Shown here piece by piece: positions 12,190 through 24,780 of a DNA stretch of 64,000 bases. The position numbers and the translations under genes are program-made. Source of the DNA: Octopus sinensis (taxonomy: Eukaryota); the NCBI RefSeq assembly GCF_006345805.1, contig NC_042997.1, forward strand, positions 48,360,001 through 48,424,000, written 5' to 3'. Position 1 is the first letter of the stretch. Each line of letters opens with the position of its first letter. The notes under the pieces are model-generated. The model ran no database searches and had not been told where the DNA came from. It saw nothing but the letters and a program-made list of their open reading frames with translations.

Positions 12190-12600
12190 ATGCCCTGATG
12201 CAGTACCACGCCCTGATGCAGCGTCAGGCACTGGCTCACATGGCTTCTGATCTTAACTGATTGGAAGCGTTACCTTGTACATTGTTTTGTCTTGGTATAA
12301 ACGATGGGCTGTAGCAAACATCTTGCTCAGTATCACAGATTCGCTTGTCAGTTTTTTGACCTTAAGCAATTGAGCATGTCCTTCGGTGGCTGACGATATG
12401 TGCATCTCTGATCACGAGCAGAAGTAGTGGGGGAGTATCATAGCCATGTGTTGAGAGGAATTCTTTGGAGTTTGGATAATTTACCTGTGGAAACTTGAGT
12501 GTTTCGTCCAACATCAATGAATGAATCTTATTCAGGGACCTTTTGAGCGGGACATGCTTCTTGAGCTGAAGAAGATTCTAACTGGACCCCACCTGCAATG
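12190..12600 (-). mobile_element. Interspersed SINE-like repeat with an (ATT)n tail
   Basis: Higher-GC block whose minus-strand 3' end (...ctgcatcagggcattt) runs into the ATT array at 12131-12189; the family assignment is recalled from octopus repeats and is unverified. Confidence 0.45.
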
Positions 12601-12763
12601 CTATGAGCTGTTTATTTTGATATAAGATTACAATGTTGCGCACATATGGTTGTAATGTATGTGTCTGATCAGATGCGTAGTCATGTTGAGCATACTGGGC
12701 TTTGTATATTTTACCCCAGTGTCTCTTTGATGGCAATAACAATACTACTACTCGATAACAATG

Positions 12764-12767
<4 letters not shown>

Positions 12768-12808
<41 letters not shown>

Positions 12809-12960
12809 ATACTACAACTACTACTACTATTACTACTACTACTACTACTACTACTAATAATAATAATAATTATTATTATTATAACAATAATAATAATAAT
12901 AATAATGACTATGATGATAATGAGGAGGATGATGATGATGAAGAGTAGGAGGAGTAGGAG
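12768..12960. repeat. Compound trinucleotide microsatellite (TAC/TAA/GAT/GAG)
   Basis: Direct reading; explains the poly-T/N/L ORFs. Confidence 0.95.
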
Positions 12961-13350
12961 AGGGATGTTGACAAGGAGGATTGTAATAGATGAAGTACAA
13001 ATAAAAGATGAAATAGTGAAGTACTTGAAAATGAAAAACAGTTATATGTAAAATATTTACACCTTCAATTAATGAAGAATAATGAGACGGAAAGAGGCTT
13101 ACAGAGAACTGGTTGAAAAAGAGAGTTCTCGCAAAAGAGACTGAAGAATTAATCATGGCAGCTCGGCTCAGATCCTGTGGACAATTAGTGTGTAATTTAG
13201 GGCAGGTGTCAATACACCGCCATTGTGTATTTTGTACGACGAATAAGAACATGAGCAAATTTTGCAAACACGTACAGAAACAGTAGATATATTAGAGACA
13301 TGATGGTATTGGAAAGACTACCTACGAGGAAATGTCTAAGATTTATGTGT

Positions 13351-13740
13351 AGGCGTAGGAGTGGCTGTGTGGTAAGTAGCTTGCTTACCAATCACATAGT
13401 TCCGGGTTCAGTCCTACTGCGTCGCACCTTGGGCAGGTGTCTTCTACTATAGCCTCGGGCCGACCAAAGTCTTGTGAGTGGATTTGGTTGACGGAGACTG
13501 AAAGAAGCCCGTCGTATATATGTATGTGTATATGTTTGTGTGTCTGTGTTTGTCCCCCCCCAACACTGCTTGACAACCGACGCTGGTGTGTTTATGTCCC
13601 CGTAACTTAGCGTTCGGCAAAAGAGACTGATAGAATAAGTACTAGGCTTACAAAGAATAAGTCCTGGGGCTCAATGAGCTCGACTAAAGGCGGTGCCCCA
13701 GCATGGCCACAGTCAAAGGACTGAATCAAGTAAAGGAGAG
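13351..13740 (+). mobile_element. tRNA-derived SINE (OK-like), full length
   Basis: aggcgtaggagtggctgtgtggtaagtagcttgcttacc...ccgggttcagtcc (A/B boxes), gccgaccaaag, tail ggcggtgccccagcatggccacagtc. Confidence 0.85.
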
Positions 13741-14326
13741 TAAAAGAAAGAGAGTGTGTATATGTAAGTCAACCCTAGCTTAGTGTAAACATGTTTGTGA
13801 CTTATTGTAACTTCTAACGACAACTTCACTGCAGTTTACTGTGGAGAAAAATTTCTCGCTTACGCTACAAGGTGTAAATATACTAGTATCAGCAAAGTGG
13901 CGCCATTTCTGTAGCCCTAGATGCATTTCTGGCACTTATGTCCCCAGCAGGGCATACAAAAGAAAAGTAACTCATCAATCAATTCTAGTAAATACTTTGC
14001 AATCTTAGACCACCCGGTCTGAACAAATATATAGCTACTGGCGCGAAGCAGTGATGGGAAATAAAGAAGCTTCGTGTTACTTCAAATAACTTTCCTGCAT
14101 ATTTTAACTTCTAAAAAACAGCTTTACTGCATGTAATAAACATAGCTGAACTAACAAGTAGTTTGTTAATTACACATCACTGATTACCGCTAGTACATAT
14201 GAACTAAGTTACAATAGCGATATATTATTCAATACGTATAATTACTTACAAACATACATTCACATATAAATTTCTATATATCACTATGTGTGTATGTGTG
14301 TATGGGTAGGTGTTTGTGGGCGTATT

Positions 14327-14525
14327 CTTTTACTTGTTTCAGTCATTTAACTTCGGCCATGCTGGTGCACCACCTTTGAGGGGCTTTTAGCCGGAGAAAT
14401 CGAACCCAGGATTTACTCTCTGTAAGCCTAGTACTTATTCTATCGGTTTCTTTTGCCGAACCGCTAATTTACAGGGACATAAACACACCTACATCGGTTG
14501 TCGAGCGATGGCAGGTGGACAATCA
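14327..14525 (-). mobile_element. OK-like SINE 3' half
   Basis: ttacttgtttcagtcatttaacttcggccatgctggtgcaccacc is the reverse complement of the family tail. Confidence 0.7.
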
Positions 14526-14553
14526 TAGACACATACGCTTAAATGCACACACG

Positions 14554-14599
<46 letters not shown>

Positions 14600-14636
<37 letters not shown>

Positions 14637-14657
14637 AATATATATATACATATACAT

Positions 14658-14725
<68 letters not shown>

Positions 14726-15111
14726 ATATACATACATACATATATATATTTTTTTTCTATCCGTTCTTTCACCACCCTACTTGCATTTTATTGTCTCTCT
14801 CTAGTTTTGTCCTTGTTTGTCTATTACACCGGTGCTTTTTCTCTATATTACTAGTGCAGCCATAAGAGCAATACCATGGAATTTAAAGTCTTCGGCCTTT
14901 AAACACACTTAAACTGCGTTTGCAGTCAGGATTTCCAAGGTTAATGAGACGTATTTTATTGTTTTCTTGCCACGGATTATTTTTTCTTTAATCGTTTCCG
15001 CGATCCGCCTTGAATATATTTTTTTACCAAATGTGTAGCGCACATAGCCTGCAAGCATTTTTATTTCATATTTGTAAATATACTTACATACAAACATACA
15101 TATATACATAT

Positions 15112-15144
<33 letters not shown>

Positions 15145-15165
15145 AATATATATATACATATACAT

Positions 15166-15237
<72 letters not shown>

Positions 15238-15636
15238 ATATACATACATACATATATATATTTTTTTTCTATCCGTTCTTTCACCACCCTACTTGCATTT
15301 TATTGTCTCTCTCTAGTTTTGTCCTTGTTTGTCTATTACACCGGTGCTTTTTCTCTATATTACTAGTGCAGCCATAAGAGCAATACCATGGAATTTAAAG
15401 TCTTCGGCCTTTAAACACACTTAAACTGCGTTTGCAGTCAGGATTTCCAAGGTTAATGAGACGTATTTTATTGTTTTCTTGCCACGGATTATTTTTTCTT
15501 TAATCGTTTCCGCGATCCGCCTTGAATATATTTTTTTACCAAATGTGTAGCGCACATAGCCTGCAAGCATTTTTATTTCATATTTGTAAATATACTTACA
15601 TACAAACATACATATATACATATATACATACATACA

Positions 15637-15640
<4 letters not shown>
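14600..15640. repeat. Two-copy tandem duplication, period ~512 bp
   Basis: The unique block ctatccgttctttcaccacc...tatacttacatacaaac appears at ~14758 and ~15270, identical by eye; boundaries lie within microsatellites. Confidence 0.9.
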
Positions 15641-15670
<30 letters not shown>

Positions 15671-15721
15671 CATACATACATATATATACATACATGCATA
15701 GACACATACACACAGACAGAC

Positions 15722-15805
<84 letters not shown>

Positions 15806-15839
15806 GATCACAGTAATGTTTGTATCAATGGGAAGGAAC

Positions 15840-16250
15840 CTAGAACGAAATAGATAAAGTCTTAATATAGAATATGAAAAGGTTTTAATATATACAATGA
15901 GTGTATAGAATCAATATCATGTGGAGATGGAGAAGAAAAGGAAATATAAAGAGCCCGTAGCAGTATGTCAAAAAAGGGAAGTCATATTTGAAAAGACACT
16001 TGAATATATCATCTAATATCTTAGACCAAGACTAGCGAAAGAAGTTATAACGACAAACGACATTGTGTTAAAATTCAATAGATTTCGAAATCAAGATAGA
16101 AAGGTAAGTAGGTCAGTAATATGTATATATTTTAAAGCAGTAAATACAGGGCTGGAAGGAATCTATAAGCAGATATATGTTATCTATTTTGATAGATGAC
16201 CGGCTAATAATCTAAGACAGCTTGAAGAAATTGGTGATTACACGACATGA
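15840..16250 (+). pseudogene. Possible ancient RTE-like LINE 3' remnant
   Basis: Weak peptide resemblance (TTNDIVLK...TGLEGIYK) to the RTE C-terminus; heavily broken. Confidence 0.25.
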
Positions 16251-18994
16251 AGCGTTCTTAGTTCATATTCAATAAATATAATTTCGGAAATATTACCTTC
16301 TATACCCCAGCTGCACGCAGGACATCAGATTTCCTGTTTGAACTGTACGATGGAGCATTTTTACAATATTCCATTTTATATCAAAAAGCGTAAGTTTCAA
16401 TTTCAAAATATATGCTCACAGAGCGGTGGTATTTCTCCAGCTAAGTTTTCGGATATAATGTACAGAAATATTTTGTCTATCTACGCCATTCATAATTCTA
16501 CCTACTCTTTACACATAGTTTATATCTTTACTTTCATCGAGCAATTCGTTTTGATACAAAGGCTTAACTTTATTAACTTGATCATTGAGGGTGATCGTAG
16601 ATAGTCTAAGTGTAATATTTCACACTGAATGCTGCACGATTTATTAATGCAGTTAAATAGCTAACCTGACTTGTAGTCAGGCGAGTATAAATACTTTGAT
16701 AGAGTAAGATCGACAGGAAAAAACAGTCCTTTTCTATGTAACGTTATACATACGTCAAATCCCTTATATACGTACATACAGATAGATAGAGAGATAGATA
16801 GTGAGAAAGAGAGAGAGAGAGAGAGAGGGGGAGAGCGAGAGAAAGAGAACTATGTTTATCTAACAACAGAACTGTGTTTATCTAACCACAGGATATCTTG
16901 ATTTCTGTTGATTCATCAAGTACTGTCCCTCAATAAAATGGAATGAATTGTCGATTTTTTTAGCTCCCCATCGCCTTAGTATTAGCTATCAAAGTGAATC
17001 ACAGATTATCTTGCCTGCACGATAGTACCATTTCTAACTGAACTATATTTGTTTCGAAATTGACGAATTCAACATTTTTCTTCAATAAGAAGACTGTAAG
17101 AACATAACAATTGCTTGAGCAAAATTGATGAAATCAAGTACATAATTTGTTGAGCATCTCATTAAACCAATGACGCAACGCGTCAGATTACCCCCAATTC
17201 TTTATGTTATACGTAATACTGTGCTTAAAATAATTTCTCGTGTTCTAAACCTGATTTGAAAGAATTTTAAGAGTCTACGAAAACTATAGCAGCAACATCT
17301 TCTTTCATATCAAATCGTTAAACACTGATGTAAAAATCACATAGATATTTGTCCTTTATTAATAAATTCTGAAATGGTCTATTCAAGTTACTGGTATTGT
17401 TGTTAGGAAGTGAGAAAAGCAAAAACATCAGGTTTAACCCCACTCTCTTAGAGCCTTCGATAAGTGCAACAAGTATTTGAAATAGATCTCTGATTGTAAG
17501 ATATAGCTCTCCCTGCCATCATCTTCGGTGGCCATGTAAAGCATCATGGGCACAGCCTTCCCTCTTGACTAAAGTATTAAAGGAAAACACGAACTTCGTG
17601 TTACTGCAATACGAAGAAGCACAATAAGTTAAACATGAACACTAAATCAATACTAAATGTGGATAAAAGACCCAAATATAAGTTTCTGGTTCTAAAAGTG
17701 GGCTGAAAAGTATGTATAAGACTTGAGCGAAGAATTAGAGAAGAGCAAAACGTAATTACCTCTTGCCAAAAGAAAAGTAGGAAAATTAAACATGCTACAG
17801 TTACTATTTCGGTTAACGTATGCTTATGAAACTAAATATGTAGTATCATTAGTATTCGCATTTTTCAACCAAATGCTGGTTTCTTGTAAGTTAAATATCA
17901 TTTAGAACTTTACTATTTCTTCTACATAAACTCTCCGTATACATCTGCTTTTTGTTATAGCATTGAAGAATAATGTTGAAAATCATATGTACACTACCAA
18001 TGCACAAATTCTGAAATTCGGTTAAAATTGCCTATTTTAGCTATTTTGATTTAATTACGTTTGCGTATTTGCTAAGACGTCGCGCCTTGTTAATTTTTTT
18101 TCTTTTTCACTTTTCTTATCCACATGCACTTGGATCTATAACTAAAAGAAGCAAACACCTGCCTTACGATATTATTTGGTCTGTTCTGAAAGTCAAATTA
18201 GTGTTTAACCTCTATGAAAAGATAAAGCAAGAAAACGATTGTAAATATCTTACCTGAGACGCTGTCTTTAAACATGCATTTAGAATATAAAACATTGCTT
18301 ATCTAAATCGTATGCAAGCTATATAAAGAGAAACAAGTCAGTGCTATCAGAACTGCTGGATATTTAGTTTCTGAGGTTTAAGCGTTTATTACCTGATTAA
18401 ACCATTGAATAATTAATTTTAATACGTTTAAACTCTCCTTTGATGTCGATACTTTATTTTTAATATTGCTCACTTTGCCTCTATCATTGAATAAATTTGC
18501 AGTTCACAAGGAAAAAAACATTGTTAGCTATTTTAAAATTAAAGCTGTTAATTTTTGGCAAATTTGTCTACTGTGTATTCGTAAAAATCATTTCTTTCTT
18601 TTTAGATAGAGAACACATATACGCATAAAAGAATGGCTTCAGATTGACTAAAAATGCACGATGGATCATGAATCATGATTTCAAAATAGAGACGTTACAC
18701 GCACGCAAATACACCGACGCTCAAAATATACGTGTCCTTTTACATACTGTAACAAGGAAGTCGAATGTGAAGCTTAATTGCTCATCAACTATTTTGGTTT
18801 TGTTTTTGGATTCTGGTTTGCAAGATTCTTTATATGAGTTCGTGTGTTGAAGCATATTCTGTGGTGTCTGGGGAGAGCCGTTTTCTTTTTGTGCCTTATA
18901 TTGTAACACACACACCGGTAAAATTTCCACTTATTCCTTATTTTTATTTTCCTAAAATTTTCGTTGCGTCTTGCAACCTTAACTATTATATATA

Positions 18995-19136
<142 letters not shown>

Positions 19137-20024
19137 ATATATTTATAGGGATCAATCATATTATCTATGTTTCTATGTTTTAGATTTACACCTTAAATGA
19201 AAGACACTGATTTAGTTTAAAACGGATTAAGTTCAAACGGATATGAAAATAAAGTGTTGATAAACAAAAAGAAAACATCACGAAATCAGAGAGTGCCTTC
19301 TGGAAATTGGAGAGATGAATAACTTGTGACCAGAAGTAGATGTGGAGGCTTTATGTTCTATCGCAAATAGATTTCTGTAAAATTATTTGTAAATGATATG
19401 CCTGCAACATTTATACTGACAATATATGTAGTGACATTATCAAACAGTTGAAGCTGAGTTTACAAATTTATCGTTACGGTAAAGACAGGAAAAAAAAAAC
19501 GAGAAACGATGAAGTATAGAATTCTACTGTGTGTGAGTGTAGCTTGTTGGGGAAGGTTTAAAGAGAGTTTCATATATTTGCATTGAATACCTATTTTCAT
19601 CTACCTATGTATATTAATCTGTATTTTTATACAGCCTGCTTCACCCAAATATACTCCGAGCAAATATATCCATGCAGTAAATAAGCAAACAAATAAATAG
19701 CAATATCAAAGCATATTTATAGTATATGGTTAAAAGCAGAATTCCTAACATCCAACGAATCTATTTGTAATTTGCTCACCAACGCTTCAGAGGCCGAAAC
19801 AATAGAATTCGTGTTAAGTAATGTACATCCATGAATAAAGACACCAATTACGCCGAACAACTTATAGGAAAACTATTAATGACTTGTACAAAGGAAATGC
19901 CTTTTCTCTGCCGAGATAAGAACTTTTATAAATAAAAAGTTGCATTAGCCAGGGGTTTCTTTCTTGATGACAATTTCCACAGATAACCTCAATGGAGTAG
20001 TATCAAGACATCATTTATCTTTCT

Positions 20025-20413
20025 ATCTTCCACTTGTTTCAGTCATTTGTCTTCGGCCAAGCTGTGGCACCACTTTGAAGAAATTTTAGTAGGAAGCATC
20101 GACCGCAGTACTTGATTTTCAGAAGCCCGGTACTTATTCAATCGGCCTGTTTTGCCGAACTATGACGTTACGAGGACATAAACACACCACCACCGGTTAT
20201 CAAGAGTTGGTGGTGGTGGTGGGGGGGGCGAACACAAACACAAATACATACACAGACACACAAACACATATGTGTATATACATACATTTGGATTCTTTCA
20301 GTTTCCGTCGGCCCGATGCTATAGTAGAAGACACTCACCCAAGGTGACTTACAGTAGAATTGAACCTTGGACCATGTGGTTGGGAAGCAAACATCTAACC
20401 ACACAGCCACGCC
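20025..20413 (-). mobile_element. OK-like SINE, degenerate
   Basis: Ends ...gggaagcaaacatctaaccacacagccacgcc (reverse complement of the head); begins cttgtttcagtcatttg (reverse complement of the tail). Confidence 0.7.
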
Positions 20414-20649
20414 GGAGCCTTAATTATCCTTCGTTAGTGATCCTCAAGAATAAAAAAATATATTATGTGCGTGTACGATTAACTCGTTGTACTCAATACA
20501 GCGAAACATGTCGCAAATGTGAATAAAACATTAGAAAACACCTCATCCAGACCGAAAATAAGTGATATGTTACATTGGTATCAACGAAAGATGTAAATAC
20601 GTCTGTATACTTACATGTAAAAGCAAATGTCCACACAAATGCTGTGTTA

Positions 20650-21922
20650 TTAAGTTGTTCCAAATATAATGGCGATTTCAGAAACTTAATTATATTCTGG
20701 AAAAATTAACAATAGAAATGTTTTGATTAGTCAAAGTATGAATCGTGAACATCTTTGCATCTCTGCCATTAATCAACGAGATTATTTATGCCTCGTTGAT
20801 AAAAATTTATTGACTTTGATGCTAAGAAATCTTTGAAAGCTGATTGCACCTCTGGTTTGGACCTGAAAGTTTTATCAATTGAAAACGTGTCTAAATGCTT
20901 AAAAACATGGTAGTAGGTGGATGAAAGATAAGCTGAATATGGAAGATGTTGTAAAGTCTCGTATCCCAAGTCTGTGAGTTTCTGCAGTGTCATTCTTGCA
21001 ATATGTAGCTTAGCATTTTCGTGGAGCAGAATTGGGCCACGCCGATTCATCAATGCAGGTCGCATCTTTTTCAAGTGAGCATGCGTTTCAGCGAAAGGAT
21101 TGCAGTAAACCTCCTCTGTAATGCTCTGATTGGCTTCCAGAAAGCTGTAATGGACAATGGACAATACCAAGAGCAGACCACCAGACGGCTACATTTTGCT
21201 GATGCAACTTTGGCTTTGGGAAATGTTTGGGGGACTCATCACGATCAGCCCATTGAACTGATCGTTTACAGCTATTATAAAGAATCCACTTTTTGCCACA
21301 AGTGATTATTCGGTCGAGAAAAAGACCAAAGTGTTTCGCAGAAAGAGCATCGAGCACACTTCAAAATGCTGAACTTTTTGATTTTCACTGAGCTCATGGG
21401 GCACCCATTGACCTTACCAATCTTTTTCAGATTGTGTAAGACCGTTGCAATACCGACACCAAGTGCCTGAGACATTTCTCTGATATTTTGACGTGGGTTT
21501 TGTTCAACAATTGCTTTCGATTGTTCATTGTCAAGACTGCATGACGGTCCACTACCTTCTTCATTTTCAACGCTTTCATCATCACTACGGAATTTTTGAA
21601 ACCACTTTGATACTGTGCGATCTATTGTGGACCCCTTTCCCCCCTGCTCTGTTGATATTGGCAGTAGTGTGGGAGGAATTGTGCCCAAGGTTGAACTCAC
21701 GCAAGGAAAGTAAGCGAAGGTCCTTTTTTTTCTCATGTTCATAATTAAGGGCGCTTATGCTTCAAGAATGTTTTCTGTTAGAAATAAGTAGACAATTATT
21801 AAAGAGTATCCATCAATTATTAAGTATGTCGAAATTCACCTCAAATATAATCAAAAGATTATGATAAATTTGCGTTTCAATACACAACACTTAGAGCGGC
21901 CATTAATTTCGGAACAACCTAA
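20650..21922 (-). mobile_element. Mariner transposon (Hsmar1/cecropia-like), 1273 bp, inactive
   Basis: TA|ttaagttgttccaaatataatggc ... gccattaatttcggaacaacctaa|TA. Transposase remnants RIITCGKKWILY, KPKLHQ, ILLHENAKLH, LQHLPYSAYLSSTYYHVFKHL in three frames. Confidence 0.9.
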
Positions 21923-23240
21923 TAAAATTTCTAATTAAAAGATCATTTAGATATTTTATCTAGAAAACGAGTTCTATATAAAATAATTCACAGAAAGAAA
22001 CAAAGAGTAATTAACAACAGATATTCTAAAATGTCTTTTAGAACAACCAATAGAAGAATATACGCGGAAATTCAACGCTACGCAGCATTATACTGTAGAC
22101 TCGTTGACGTACAGAAAACGCAGATAAAAATGTATCATAGTAATGAAATGACTACAGACCCCCCAAAATACGGGCACAGTATTGAGAATGTTTCAGTTGT
22201 AGCTTTTCTCTTTTGGCTTGAAAAAAATAGATAAAACTACAACATAATCATGTTTCCAATGCAACGCGCGTACATGTAAACATGTACATTTAAATACACG
22301 CGCACTCATATATATGTATATAGTAAGAATGTATTTATGCGAACGTATATTATATATTTGCATATATATGTGAGTATGATGCAAAAGAGGGTCTAACATT
22401 TTAACTGACATGTTGGCAAATACAAAACTTCCAGTATAAGTTTTATTTACGATAGAACATGCGTCCTGAATATCTACTGCTAAACACAAGTCATTCATAT
22501 CCCTAATTTCCAGAAAGAGTCATTCCTGCTAGAATAACTCTGTTTTCTATTGCAGGCTTGTTACAAGAAAAAGCAAGTGTCTTCATTAAATTCTTCACAG
22601 AGAGGGGCAACTTTTCGACATCCACAGAAAGGTACAGTTTGTTATCGGAATTGACTCCATTGGCAAGACTAATGTGCGCATATAGATGAAGTTTAAAGGA
22701 GTGAAAATCAGCATTGAGGAAAGAATACAGGAGTTTGTTGCGCAGCACAGTTGATAGTCGGACAAGCATCACTATATACATGTCATTTCCAGTATTGGCT
22801 GCAAATAGTTTTGCTTTTTGTAAGACTCAGGGTAGTTATTGCTAACATGAGAATAGGTTCAGAAATTCGGGGAGAGAGAATTAGACAACGATAATCGACC
22901 TCATTACAAGTACCTCATCGTATCAGCTGAGTAATGCAAAATAAAATTCCGTCGGGTTTAAACAAAGGTAACGAAGGACCGTAATCTGTAACTCTGCCAA
23001 TCAATAACCTTGCTCTAAAAGATGGGGCTTTGATTACATAGACCTGAGGATTTAACTCCTACTCGACACTATCGAGCGCAAAACAATGAAAAGCACGGCA
23101 GTGACGTGTTTTGAACCCAGAAGGCAGAGAAATCATTACAAATTTTTTTCCAACATTCTAAGGATTCTTCCAGTTTGCCGTTTGGCATAACCTTATCAAT
23201 CAAAGTATAGTTATATATTTGTACCAGTTAATTATATCAA

Positions 23241-24275
23241 ATTGGATTTATAATTATACTTCTTTATTTCGGATGTGTGTAAACCAACTTAGAACTAATG
23301 CACTATTGTTCTAAGATGTTGCTATTGGATATTTCCAAATAACATTGTTGCATTTATATGAAATATTGTAAATTAGCTCCGTTTTTGTTGGATTAATCAT
23401 TGGAAATGATTCATCAGGATTTGTATAAGATTTATTTTTGGATAGACGTTTCGGTGCAAGACTTCACTATCAACCATGTGAAAGCTCAAGGGTAAAGTTT
23501 CAGCTTCTAATTACCAGAATTTAATGCATTATTTGTGCTTTCTATAGTTATTGCTAATACTATTTATTAGAGCGTTATTGTGTTATAATCCATTTCATAT
23601 GCAATTTGCCTTCTATTTGCATTCACAAAAGAAAAAGTTTGTTTCATCTTTCAATGTACATTGCTGTCAGTCAGCTGATGATGGGTAGCATTATATATTT
23701 TGTTAAGCTTCAAATTTTATAATAATTCAACGATTGAGAGTGTCTTTTAGATTAGATAAAGCGACGTAAATCTACTATATCAAATGTCGATTTACTCTCT
23801 CTTTACTCTTTTACTTGTTTCAGTCATTTGACTGCGGCCATGCTGGAGCACCGCCTTTTAGTACTTATTCTATCGGTCTCTTTTGCGAACCGCTAAGTAA
23901 CGGGGACATAAGCACACCAGCATCGGTTGTCAAGCAATGCTAGGGGACAACACAAACACACACTACATACATATATAATAATATAATTATACGACAGGCT
24001 TCTTTCAGTTTCCGTCTACCAAATCCACTCACAAGGCTTTGGTCGGCCCGGGGCTACAGTAGAAGACACTTGCCCAAGATGCCACGCAGTGGGACTGAAC
24101 CCGGAACCATGTGGCAGGTAGACAAGCTACTTACCACACAGCCACTCCTGCGCCATGTTATTTGTTAACAATGTTATTTGGAAATATCCAATAGCAACAT
24201 CTTAGAACAATAGTGCATTAGTTCTAAGTTGGTTTACACACATCCGAAATAAAGAAGTATAATTATAAATCCAAT
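23241..24275. repeat. Perfect 109-bp inverted repeat pair (23241-23349 and 24167-24275)
   Basis: Base-by-base comparison showed identity; the arms enclose ~817 bp including a SINE. Confidence 0.92.
23795..24154 (-). mobile_element. OK-like SINE, near full length
   Basis: Reverse complement of ggcgcaggagtggctgtgtggtaagtagcttg...ggcggtgctccagcatggccgcagtcaaatgactgaaacaagtaaaag. Confidence 0.85.
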
Positions 24276-24584
24276 AATAAAAATCTATTAAAAAGATACA
24301 CATACCCGTTCTCTTCAGGCTTCCATTTGCGAAATTGTAAACCAGAAATCATGTTACTCCAAAAGTGTCAACATGAAAAAAGTAATTGATAACAATGCTT
24401 TTGATACGGTTACTAATAGAATTAGAAAAACCTTTGAGTGAACTTAATAATTTCATGCTTATTTTAATAGTGGATAAATAAGTCTAAATCGGTCATATAT
24501 TTCCTGTCTGTTTATTTAATTATTTATTAGGTATTTTATTTTATTTTTGTGCACTATCTCAAACGGTATTAATAATTCTTCGAG

Positions 24585-24780
24585 ATTTAGGCATATAGCC
24601 AACAATTTTGAAGGTGGGGAAATAGTCGATAACATTGACCCCACAAATTGACTGGTACTTTACTGACCTCGAAGAAAGCCTCAAAAAAATGTTGAGCGTA
24701 GAAGATAATGAGTCGGATGAAACACTGCCAAGGATTTTCTCCGACGTGCTAATGATTGTGTCAGCTCGCTGAGTTATGCT
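24585..24780 (-). mobile_element. Degenerate SINE (core ..gtcgataaa..agtaccag family)
   Basis: aattttgaaggtggggaaatagtcgataacattgaccccacaaattgactggtactt resembles 53110-53300. Confidence 0.45.

Noticed and set aside
16900-17700. Faint RT-like peptide on the minus strand (AAIVFVDS*NSF); similar faint endonuclease-like trace at ~28850-29300
   Set aside because: Too degraded to support without a profile search
22503-22800. 92-aa minus-strand ORF and a possible plus-strand exon (ttttctattgcag|...aaag|gtacag)
   Set aside because: No recognisable domain and no partner exons found; splice-like signals are common by chance; needs RNA-seq
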